DNA of 64,000 nucleotides, taken from NCBI RefSeq assembly GCF_036321535.1, contig NC_087436.1, positions 2,666,001-2,730,000 of the forward strand, in the 5' to 3' direction. This DNA comes from Camelus dromedarius (lineage: Eukaryota). Every line of letters begins with the position of its first letter. The stretch's first letter is position 1. A model generated the notes under the pieces. It was given only the letters and a program-made list of their open reading frames with translations, searched no databases and had not been told where the DNA came from. Shown here piece by piece: positions 53,501 through 64,000 of the stretch. A program made the position numbers and the translations under genes.

Positions 53501-56500
53501 ACTGAAAAGAAACTTTGTGTTCCCAACAAGCTAGGTGAAGGACGGCTTTCACACACACTTATCTCTCAGAACTGAGCATGTGGAGAAACGTTCGTTCATC
53601 TTGCACAAAGGGAACGGGTTGCAGGAGAAACTTTTACTCTGGTTTCTCAGTCTGTTTCCTAGTGCCGGTTTGAAGTTCCTGCAGTTTTCACTGTAAAACC
53701 GAGTTGGAGCTAGTTCCTCCCCATATTTATGTATGGAGTGGAATTTGCAAATGAAAAGAAACTTTGTGTTCCCAACCAGCTAAGTGTAGGACGGCTTTCA
53801 CACACACTTATGTCTCAGAACTGAGCATGTGGAGAGACGTTCGTTCATCTAGCACAAAGGAACGGGTTGCAGGAGAAACTTTTACTCTGGTTTCTCACTC
53901 TGTTTCCTAGAGACGGTTTGAAGTTCCTGAAATTTTCACTGTAAAACAGATTTGGAGCTAGTACCTCCCCATATATATGTATGGAGTGGAATTTGCAACT
54001 GAAAAGAAACTTTGTGTTCCCAACAAGCTAGGTGAAGGACGGCTTTCACACACACTAATCCCTCAGAACTGAGCATGTGGAGAGACGTCCATTCATCTAG
54101 CATAAAGGGAATGGGTTGCGGTAGAAAATTTGACTCTGGTTTCTCAGTGTGTTTCCTAGTGCCGGTTTGAAGTTCCTGCAATTTTCACTGTAAAACCGAG
54201 TTGGAGCTAGTACCTACCCAACAATATGTATGGAGTGGAGTTGGCAAGTGAAAAGAATCTTTGTGTTCCCAACAAGCTAGGTGAAGGACGGCTTTCACAC
54301 ACACTTATCTCTCAGAACTGAGCATGTGGAGTGAGGTTGGTTCATCTAGCACAAGGGGAACGGGGTGCAGGATAAACTTTTACTCTGGTTTCTCAGTCTG
54401 TTTACTAGTGCCGGTTTGAAGTTCCTGCAGTTTTCACTGTAAAACCGATTTGGAGCTAGTACCTCCCCATATATATGTATGGAGTGGAGTTTGCAACTGA
54501 AAAGAAACTTTGTGTTCTAAACAAGCTAGGTGAAGGACGGCTTTCACACACACTTATCTCTCAGAACTGAGCATGTGGAGAGACGATCGTTCATCTAGTC
54601 AAAGGGAACGGGTTGCATTAGAAACTTTTACTCTGGTTTCTCAGTCTGTTTCCTAGTGCCGATTTGAAGTTCCTGCATTTTTCACTGTAAAACCGAGTTT
54701 GAGCTAGTACCTCCCCTTATATATGTATGGATTGGAATTTGCAACTGAAAAGAAACATTGTGTTCCCAACACCTAGGTGAAGGACGGCATTCACAGTCAC
54801 TTATCTCTCAGAACTGAGCATGTGGAGAGACGTTCGTTCATCTAGCACAAAGGGAACTGTTTGCAGGAGAAACTTTTTTCTGGTTTCTCAGTCTGTTTCC
54901 TAGTGCCGGTTTGAAATTCCTGCAATTTTCACTGTAAAACCGAGTTGGAGCTAGTACCTACCAATATATATGTATGGATTGGAGTTTGCAACTGAAAAGA
55001 AACTTTGTGTTCCCAACAAGCTAGGTGAAGGGCGGCTTTACCACACACTTATCTCTCAGAACTGAGCATGTGGAGAGACGTTCGTTCATCTAGCACAAAT
55101 GGAACGGGTTGCAAGAGAAACTTTTTCTCTGGTTTCTCAGTTTGCTTCCTAGTGCCGGTTTGAAGTTCCTGCAATTTTCACTGTAAAACCGAGTTGGGTT
55201 AGTACCACCCCATATATATGTATGGAGCGGAGTTTGCAACTGAAAAGAAACTTTGTGTTCCCAACAAGGTAGTTGAAGGACGGCTTTCACACACAATTAT
55301 CTCTAAGAACTGAGCATGTGGAGAGACGTTCGTTCATCTAGCACAAAGCTAACTGTTTGCAGGAGAAACTTTTACTCATTTTTCTCAGTCTGTTTCCTAG
55401 TGCCAGTTTGAAGTTCCTGTAGTTTTCACTGTAAAACCGAGTTGGAGCTACTTCCTCCCCATATATATGTATGGAGTGGAGTTTGCAACTGAAAGGAACT
55501 TTGTGTTCCCAAGAAGCTAGGTGAAGGACGGCTTTCACACACACTTATCTCTCAGAACTGAGCATGTGGAGAAACGTTCGTTCATCTTGCACAAAGGGAA
55601 CGTGTTGCAGGAGAAACTTTTACTCTGGTTTCTCAGTCTGTTTCCTAGTGCCGGTTTGAAGTTCCTGCAGTTTTCACTGTAAAACCGAGTTGGAGCTAGT
55701 TCCTCCCCATATTTATGTATGGAGTGGAATTTGCAAATGAAAAGAAACTTTGTGTTCCCAACCAGCTAAGTGTAGGACGGCTTTCACACACACTTATCTC
55801 TCAGAACTGAGCATGTGGAGAGACGTTCGTTCATCTAGCACAAAGGAACGGGTTGCTGGAGAAACTTTTACTCTGGTTTCTCACTCTGTTTCTTAGAGAC
55901 GGTTTGAAGTTCCTGCAATTTTCACTGTAAAACAGATTTGGAGCTAGTACCTCCCCATATATATGTATGGAGTGGAGTTTGCAACTGAAAAGAAACTTTG
56001 TGTTCCCAACAAGCTAGGTGAAGGACGGCTTTCACACACACTAATCTCTCAGAACTGAGCATGTGGAGAGACGTTCATTCATCTAGCATAAAGGGAATGG
56101 GTTGCGGTAGAAAATTTGACTCTGGTTTCTCAGTGTGTTTCCTAGTGCCGTTTTGAAGTTCCTGCAATTTTCACTGTAAAACCGAGTTGGAGCTAGAACC
56201 TACCCAACAATATGTATGGAGTGGTGTTGGCAAGTTAAAAGAATCTTTGTGTTCCCAACAAGCTAGGTGAAGGACGGCTTTCACACACACTTATCTCTCA
56301 GAACTGAGCATGTGGAGTGAGGTTGGTTCATCTAGCACAAGGGGAACGGGGTGCAGGAGAAACTTTTACTCTGGTTTCTCAGTCTGTTTACTAGTGCCGG
56401 TTTGAAGTTCCTGCAGTTTTCACTGTAAAACCGATTTGGAGCTAGTACCTCCCCATATATATGTATGGAGTGGAGTTTGCAACTGAAAAGAAACTTTGTG

Positions 56501-57300
56501 TTCTAAACAAGCTAGGTGAAGGACGGCTTTCACACACACTTATCTCTCAGAACTGAGCATGTGGAGAGACGATCGTTCATCTAGTCAAAGGGAACGGGTT
56601 GCATTAGAAACTTTTACTCTGGTTTCTCAGTCTGTTTCCTAGTGCCGATTTGAAGTTCCTGCATTTTTCACTGTAAAACCGAGTTTGAGCTAGTAACTCC
56701 CCTTATATATGTATGGAGTGGAATTTGCAACTGAAAAGAAACGTTGTGTTCCCAACACCTAGGTGAAGGACGGCTTTCACAATCACTTATCTCTCAGAAC
56801 TGAGCATGTGGAGAGACGTTCGTTCATCTAGCACAAAGAGAACTGTTTGCAGGAGAAACTTTTTCTCTGTTTTCTCAGTCTGTTTCCTAGTGCCGGTTTG
56901 AAATTCCTGCAATTTTCACTGTAAAACCGAGTTGGAGCTAGTACCTACCCATATATATGTATGGAGTGGAGTTTGCAACTGAAAAGAAACTTTGTGTTCC
57001 CAACAAGCTACGTGAATTTCGGCTTTCACACACAATTATATCTCAGAACTGAGAATGTGGAGAGACGTTCGTTCATCTAGCACAAAGGGAACGGGTTGAA
57101 GGGGAAATATTTTCTCTGGTTTCTCAGTCTGTTTCCTAGTGCCAGTTTGAAGTTCCTGTAGTTTTCACTGTAAAACCGAGTTGGAGCTACTTCCTCCCCA
57201 TATATATGTATGGAGTGGAGTTTGCAACTGAAAGGAACTTTGTGTTCCCAAGAAGCTAGGTGAAGGACGGCTATCACACACACTTATCTATCAGAACTGA
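32580..57300. repeat. Variable-length higher-order repeat based on a 9-monomer cycle
   Basis: Strongly marked monomer types recur in fixed order: CATCTTGCAC; CCAGCTAAGTGTAGG; GCATAAAGGGAATGG; CCCAACAATA/GTGAGGTTGG; GTTCTAAAC/TAGTCAA; CAACACCTAG; AGGGCGGCTTT; AAGCTAACTGG; GAATTTCGG/CTGTAGT. One complete cycle spans 35955-38191 (2236 bp). Confidence 0.9.
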
Positions 57301-60300
57301 GCATGTGGAGAGACTTTCGTTCATCTAGCACAAAGGGAACGGGTTGCAGGAGAAACTTTTACTCTGGTTTCTCAGTCTGTTTAACGTTGCCGGTTTAAAG
57401 TTCCTGCAGTTTTCACTGTAAAACCGAGTTGGAGCTTCTACCTCCCCATATATATGTAAGGAGTGGAGTTTGAAACTGAAAGGAACTTTGTGTTCCCAAG
57501 AAGCTAGGTGAAGGACGGCTTTCACACACACTTATCTCTCAGAACTGAGCATGTGGAGAGACTTTCGTTCATCTAGCAGAAAGGGAACGGGTTGCAGGAG
57601 AAACTTTTAGTCTGGTTTGTCATTCTGTTTCCTAGTGCCGGTTTGAAGTTCCTGCAGTTTTCACTGTAAAACCGAGTTGGAGCTAGTACCTCCCCATATA
57701 TATGTATGGAGTGGAGTTTGCAACTGAAAAGAAACTTTGTGTTCCCAAAAATCTAGGTGAAGGACGGCTTTCACACACACTTATATCTCAGAACTGAGCA
57801 TGTGGAGAGACATTCGTTCATCTAGCACAATGGGAACGGGTTGCAGTAGAAACTTTTAATCATTTTTCTCAGTCTGTTTCCTAGTGCTGGATTGAAGTTC
57901 CTGCAGTTTTCACTGTAAAGCATAGTTGGAGCTAGTACCTCCCCATATAAATGTATGGATTGGAATTTGCAAATGAAAAGAAAGTTTGTGTTCCCATCAA
58001 GCTAGGTGAAGGACGGCTTTCACACACAATTATCTCTCAGAACTGAGCATGTGGTGAGACGTTCGTTCATCTAGCACAAAGGGAACGGGTTGAAGGAGAA
58101 ATTGTTCTCTGGTTTCTCAGTCTGTTTAATGTTGCCGGTTTAAAGTTCCTGCAGTTTTCACTGTAAAACCGAGTTGGAGCTACTACCTCCCCATATATAT
58201 GTATGGAGTGGAGTTTGCAACTGAAAGGAACTTTGTGTTCCCAAGAAGCTAGGTGAAGGACGGCTTTCACACACACATATCTCTCAGAACTGAGCATGGG
58301 GAGAGACGTTCGTTCATCTAGCACAAAGGGAACGGATTGCAGGAGAAACTTTTACTCTGGTTTCTCTGTTTCCTAGTACCGGTTTGAAGTTCCTTCAGTT
58401 TTCACTGTAAAACCGAGTTGGGGCTAGTACCTCCCCATATATATGTATGGAGTGGAGTTTGAAACTGAAAAGAAACTTTGTGTTCCCAACAAGCTAGGTG
58501 AAGTACGGCTTTCACACTCAATTATCTCTAAGAACTGAGCATGTGGAGAGACGTTCATTCATCTAGCACAAAGCTAACGGGTTGCAGGGGAAACTATTAC
58601 TCATTTTTCTCAGTCTGTTTCCAAGTGCTGGTTTGAAGTTCCTGCAGTTTTCACTATAAAACCGAGTTGGAGCTAGTACCTCCCTATATATATGTATGGA
58701 GTGGAATTTGCAAATGAAAAGAAACTTTGTGTTCCCAACAAGCTATGTGAAGGACGGCTTTCACACACACTTTTCTCTCAGAACTGAGCATGTGGAGAGA
58801 CGTTCGTTCATCTAGCACAAAGGGAACGGGATGCAGGAGAAACTTTTACTCTGGATTCTCAGTTTGTTTCCTGGTGCCGGTTTGAAGTTCCTGCAGTTTT
58901 CACTGTAAAACCGATTTGGAGCTAGAAAATCCCCATATATATGTATGGAGAGGAGTTTGCAACTGAAAATAAACTTTGTGTTCCCAACAAGCTATGTGAA
59001 GGACGGCTTTCACACACAATTATCTCTCAGAACTGAGCATGTGGAGAGACGTTCGTTCATCTAGCACAAAGGGAACGGGTTGCAGGAGAAACTTTTACTC
59101 TGTTTTCTCAGTCTGTATCCTAGTGCCGGTTTGAAGTTCCTGCAGTTTTCACTGTAAAACCGAGTTATGGCTAGTACCTCCCCATATATTTGTATGGAGT
59201 GGAGTTTGCAACTGAAAAGAAACTTTGTGTTTCCAGCAAGATAGGTGAAGTACGGCTTTCACACACACTTAACTCTCAGAACTGAGCATGTGAAGAGACT
59301 TTCGTTCATCTAGCACAAAGGGAACGGGTTGAAGGAGAAACTTTTCCTCTGGTTTCTCAGTCTGTTTAAAGTTGCCGGTTTAAAGTTCCTGCAGTTTTCA
59401 CTGTAAAACCGAGTTGGAGCTTCTACCTCCCCATATATATGTATGGAGTGGAGTTTGCAACTGAAAGGAACATTGTCTTCCCAAGAAGCTACGTGAAGGA
59501 CGGCTTTCACACACACTTATCTCTCAGAACTGAGCATGTGGAGAGACCTTCGTTCATCTAACACAAAGGGAACGGGTTGCAGGAGAAACTCTTACTCTGG
59601 TTTCTCAGTATGTTTCCTAGTGCCGGTTTGAAGTTCCTGCAGTTTTCACTGTAAAACCGAGTTGGAGCTAGTACCTCCCCATATATATGTATGGAGTGGA
59701 GTTTGCAACTGAAAAGAAACTTTGTGTTCCCAAAAAGCTAGGTGAAGGACGGCTTTCACACACACTTATCTCTCAGAACTGAGCATGTGGAGAGACTTTC
59801 GTTCATCTAGCACAAAGGGAACGGGTTGCAGGAGAAACTTTTACTCATTATTCTTAGTCGTTTCCTAGTGCCGGTTTGAAGTTACTGCAGTTTTCACTGT
59901 AAAAACGAGTTGGAGCTAGTACCTCCCCATAAATATGTATGGAGTGGAGTTTACAAGTGAAAAGAAACTTTGAGTTCCCAACAAGCTAGTTGAAGGATGG
60001 CTTTCACACACACATATCTCTCAGAACTGAGCATGTGGAGAGACGTTCGTTCATCTAGCACAAAGGGAACGGGTTGAAGGAGAAACTTTTTCTCTGGTTT
60101 CTCAGTCTGTTTAATGTTTCCGGTTTAAAGTTCCTGCAGTTTTCACTGTAAAACCGAGTTGGAGCTAGTACCTCCCCATATATATGTATGGAGTGGAGTT
60201 TGCAACTGAAAGGAACTTTGTGTTCCCAAGAAGCTAGGTGAAGGACGGCTTTCACACACACTTATCTCTCAGAACTGAGCATGTGGAGTGACTTTCGTTC

Positions 60301-60650
60301 ATCTAGCACAATGGGAACATGTTGCAGGAGAAATTATTACTCTGGTTTCTCAGTCTGTTTCCTAGTGCCGGTTTGAAGTTCCTGCAGTTTTCACTGTAAA
60401 ACCGAGTTGCAGATAGTACCTCCCCATACATATGTATGGAGTGGAGTTTGCAACTGAAAATAATCTTTGTGTTCCCAACAAGCAAGGTAAAGGACGGCTT
60501 TCAAACACACTTATCCCTCAGAACTGAGCATGTGGAAATACGTTCGTTCATCTAGCACAGAGGGATCGGGTTGCAGGAGAAACTTTTAATCATTTTTCTC
60601 AGTCTGTTTCCTAGTGCTGGATTGAAGTTCCTGCAGTTTTCACTGTAAAA
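45000..60650. repeat. ~8.7-kb (35-monomer) segmental tandem duplication: ~45000-53200 copied at ~53700-60650
   Basis: Private variants pair up: CCCTCAG 45361/54061 (8700) and GCTAGAACCTACC 48241/56192 (7951). ORFs pair as 49623/57077, 49871/57325 and 50613/58067 (7454), and 51860/59310 and 52853/60303 (7450). Confidence 0.9.
47110..48100. repeat. 2-monomer (497-bp) local tandem duplication
   Basis: The private variant GGTGTGG occurs at 47521 and 48018. TTGAATTTCC and GTTGCTGGAG are also repeated 497 bp apart. Confidence 0.9.
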
Positions 60651-63400
60651 CAGAGTTGGAGCTAGTACCTCCCCATATATATGTATGGAGTGGAATTTGC
60701 AAATGAAAAGAAACTTTGTGTTCCCAACAAGCTAGGTGAAGGACGGCTTTCACACACACTTATCTCTCAGAACTGAGCATTTTGATAGACGTTCGTTCAT
60801 CTAGAACAAAAGGAACGGGTTGCATTAGAAACTTTTACTCTGGTTTCTCAGTCTTTTTCCTAGAGCCGGATTGAAGTTCCTGCAGTTTTCACTATAAAAC
60901 CGAGTTGGAGCTTGTACCTCCCCATATATATGTATGGAGTGGATTTTGCAACTGAAAAGAAACTTTGTGTTCCCAACAAGGTAGGTGAAGGACGGCTTTC
61001 ACACACACTTATCTCTCAGAACTGAGCATGTGGAGAGACGTTCGTTCATCTAGCACAAAGGGAACGGGCTGCAGGAGAAACTTTTACTCATTTTTCTCAG
61101 TCTGTTTCCTAGTGCCTGTTTGAAGTTCCTGCATTTTTCACTGTAAAACCGAGTTGGAGCTATTACCTCCCCATAAATATGTATGGAGTGGAGTTTGCAA
61201 GTGAAAAGAAACTTTGTGTTCCCAACATGCTAGGTGAAGGACGGCTTTCACAGACACTTATCTCTCAGAACTGAGCATGTGGAGAGACGTTCGTTCATCT
61301 AGCACAAAGTGAACGGGTTGCAGGAGAAACTTTTACTCTGGTTTCTCAGTCTGTTTCCTGTTGCCGGTTTGAAGTTCCTGCAGTTTTCACTGTAAAACAG
61401 AGTTGGAGCTAGGAGCTCCCCATATATATGTTTGGAGTGGAGTTTGAAACTGAAAAGAAACTTTGTGTTCCCAACAAGCTACGTGAAGGACGGCTTTCAC
61501 ACACACTTATCTCTCAAAACTGAGCATGTTGAGAGACGTTCGTTGATCTAGAACCAAGGGAACGGGTTGCATTAGAAAATTTTACTCTGGTTTCTCAGTC
61601 TGTTTCCTAGTGCCAGTTTGAAGTTCCTGCAGTTTTCACTGTAAAACCGAGTTGGGGCTAGTACCTCCCCATATATATGTATGGATTGGAATTTGCATCT
61701 GAAAAGAAACTTTGTGTCCCAACAAGCTAGGTGAAGGACGGCTTTCACACACACTTATCTCTCAGAACTGAGCATGTTGAGAGACGTTCGTTCATCTAGC
61801 ACAAATGGAACGGGTTGCAGGAGAAACTTTTTCTCTGGTTTCTCAGTCTGTTTCCTAGTGCCGGTTTGAAGTTCCTGCAATTTTCACTGTAAAACCGAGT
61901 TGGAGCTAGTACCTAACCATATATATGTATGGAGTGGAATTTGCAAATGAAAAGAAACTTTGTGTTCCCAACAAGCTAGGTGAAGGACGGCTTTCACACA
62001 CGCTTATCTCTCAAAACTGAGCATGTGGAGAGACTTTCGTTCATCTAGCACAAAGGGAACGGGTTGCAGGAGAAACTATTTCTCTGGTTTCTCAGTCTGT
62101 TTCCTAGTGCCGGATTGAAGTTCCTGCCGTTTTCACTGTAAAACCGAGTTGGAACTAGTACCTCCCCATATATATGTATGGAGAGGAGTTTGCAACTGAA
62201 AAGAAACTTTGTGTTCCCAACAAGCTAGGTGAAGGACGGCTTTCACACACACTTATCTCTCAGAACTGAGCATGTGGAGAGACGTTCGTTCATCTAGCAC
62301 AAAGGGGACGGGTTGCAGGGGAAACTTTTACTCATTTTTCTCAGAGTGTTTCCTAGTGCCGGTTTGAAGTTCCTGCAGTTTTCACTGTAAAACCGAGTTG
62401 GAGCTAGTACCTCCCCATAAATATGTATGGAGTGGAGTTTGCAAGTTAAAAGAAACTTTGTGTTCTCAACAAGCTAGTTGAAGGATGGCTTTCACACACA
62501 AATATCTCTCAGAACTGATCATGTGGAGAGACGTTCGTTCATCTAGCACAAAGGGAACGGGTTGAAGGAGAAACTTTTTCTCTGGTTTCTCAGTCTGTTT
62601 AATGTTTCCGGTTTAAAGTTCCTGCAGTTTTCACTGTAAAAAGAGTTGGAGCTAGTACCTCCCCATATATATGTAAGGAGTAGAGTTTGCAACTTAAAGG
62701 AACTTTGTGTTCCCAAGAAGCTAGGTGAAGGACGGCTTTAACACACACTTATCTCTCAGAACTGAGCATGTGGAGAGACTTTCGTTCATCTAGAACAATG
62801 GGAACATGTTGCAGGAGAAACTTTTATTCTGGTTTCTCAGTCTGTTTCCTAGTGCCGGTTTGAAGTTCCTGCAGTTTTCACTGTAATAACGAGTTGCAGA
62901 TAGTACCTCCCCATATATATGTATGGAGTGGAGTTTGCAACTGAAAAGAATCTTTGTGTTCCCAACAAGCTAGTTAAAGGACGGCTTTCACACACACTTA
63001 TCTCTCAGAACTGAGCATGTGGAGAGACGTTTGTTCATCTAGCACAAAGGGAACGGGTTGCAGGATAAACTTTTACTCTGGTTTCTCAGTCTGTTTCCTA
63101 GTGCCGGTTTGAAGTTCCTGCAGTTTTCACTGTAAAAGCGAGTTGGGGCTAGTACCTCCCCATATATATGTATGGAGTGGAGTTTGCAACTGAAAAGAAA
63201 CTTTGTGTTCCCAAAAATCTAGGTGAAGGACGGCTTTCACACACTCTTATCTCTCAGAACTGAGGATGTGGAGAGAAGTTCGTTCATCTAGCAAAAAGGG
63301 AACGGGTTGCAGGAGAAACTTTACTCTGGTTTCTCAGTCTGTTTCCTAGTGCCGGTTAGAAGTTCCTGCAGTTTTCACTGTAAAATCGAGTTGGAGCTAG
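60650..63400. repeat. Block of monomers with many private variants and no close duplicate in the window
   Basis: Variants such as CATTTTGATAG (~60780), AGGAGCTCCC (61411), GTTGATCTAGAACC (~61542) and AGAGTGTT (~62343) were not seen elsewhere on reading. The stretch 62290-62990 is a diverged relative of 52380-53020. Confidence 0.7.
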
Positions 63401-64000
63401 AAACTCCCCATATATATGTATGGAGTGGAGTTTGCAACTGAAAAGAAACTTTGTGTTCCCAACAAGCTAGCTGAAGGACGGCTTTCACACACACTTATCT
63501 CTCAGAACTGAGCATGTGGAGAGACTTTCGTTCATCTAGCACAAAGGGAACGGGTTGAAGGAGAAACTTTTCCTCTGGTTTCTCAGTCTGTTTAACGTTG
63601 CCGGTTTAAAGTTCCTGCAGTTTTCACTGTAAAACCGAGTTGGAGCTACTACCTCCCCATATATATGTAAGGAGTGGAGTTTGAAACTGAAAGGAACTTT
63701 GTGTTCCCAAGAAGCTAGGTGAAGGACGGCTTTCACACACACTTATCTCTCAGAACTGAGCATGTGGAGAGACTTTCGTTCATCTAGCAGAAAGGGAACG
63801 GGTTGCAGGAGAAACTTTTACTCTGGTTTGTCATTCTGTTTCCTAGTGCCGGTTTGAAGTTCCTGCAGTTTTCACTGTAAAACCGAGTTGGAGCTAGTAC
63901 CTCCCCATATATATGTATGGAGTGGAGTTTGCAACTGAAAAGAAACTTTGTGTTCCCAAAAATCTAGGTGAAGGACGGCTTTCACACACACTTATATCTC

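Larger units (their letters stand above)
1..64000. repeat. Tandem satellite DNA array, 249-bp monomer, ~257 head-to-tail copies, extends beyond both window edges
   Basis: Monomer start GGAGCTAGTA recurs at 1, 250, 499, 748, 997, 1246, 1495, 1744, 1993, 2242, 2491 and onward to the end. Consensus read by eye: GGAGCTAGTACCTCCCCATATATATGTATGGAGTGGAGTTTGCAACTGAAAAGAAACTTTGTGTTCCCAACAAGCTAGGTGAAGGACGGCTTTCACACACACTTATCTCTCAGAACTGAGCATGTGGAGAGACGTTCGTTCATCTAGCACAAAGGGAACGGGTTGCAGGAGAAACTTTTACTCTGGTTTCTCAGTCTGTTTCCTAGTGCCGGTTTGAAGTTCCTGCAGTTTTCACTGTAAAACCGAGTT. It has one PstI site (CTGCAG) and four CTAG per consensus monomer. Confidence 0.99.

Noticed and set aside
3377..63742. Recurring 60-85 aa minus-strand ORFs (MCVKAVLHL...) as a tandem gene family
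   Set aside because: Each lies within about one monomer and appears only where a small deletion variant (e.g. AAAGGAAC, CTGAAAAAAAC) shifts the frame past a stop. Most monomers lack the ORF, most starts are non-ATG, and I recognise no protein domain.
1..64000. CRISPR array or other repeat-spacer system
   Set aside because: There are no unique spacers: the entire 249 bp is repeated, and no cas or other genes are present.
1..64000. Tandem 5S rRNA, tRNA, snRNA or spliced-leader gene array
   Set aside because: I found no recognisable 5S, tRNA cloverleaf, Pol III A/B box or snRNA sequence. Variants are spread across the unit rather than sparing a conserved gene portion.
1..64000. Primate alpha satellite or an intact CENP-B box
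   Set aside because: The period is 249 bp, not 171 bp, and only short words resemble alpha satellite. The TTCG-to-CGGG spacing is 20 nt rather than 7.

Overview
The whole 64-kb window is one uninterrupted head-to-tail tandem satellite array. It holds about 257 copies of a 249-bp monomer (~45% GC by my count of the consensus), all in the same orientation. I see no unique DNA, transposon insertion, inversion, gene, RNA gene or CRISPR spacer. The ORF-track entries are chance read-throughs of monomer variants. It looks like eukaryotic (peri)centromeric-type satellite, but I cannot name the family or organism. The information lies in the variant pattern. There are two sub-domains with largely different diagnostic variants, meeting at ~32.3 kb. 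The left domain has nested 2-, 3-, 8-, 15- and ~29-monomer duplications. The right domain has a variable-length higher-order repeat built on a 9-monomer cycle, plus an ~8.7-kb segmental duplication. The monomer appears to be an ancient dimer of ~125-bp halves, contains several short dyads, and carries a CENP-B-box-like sequence split by 13 bp. I found no evidence of a novel protein- or RNA-coding system. Block boundaries were read by eye from shared variants and are approximate.
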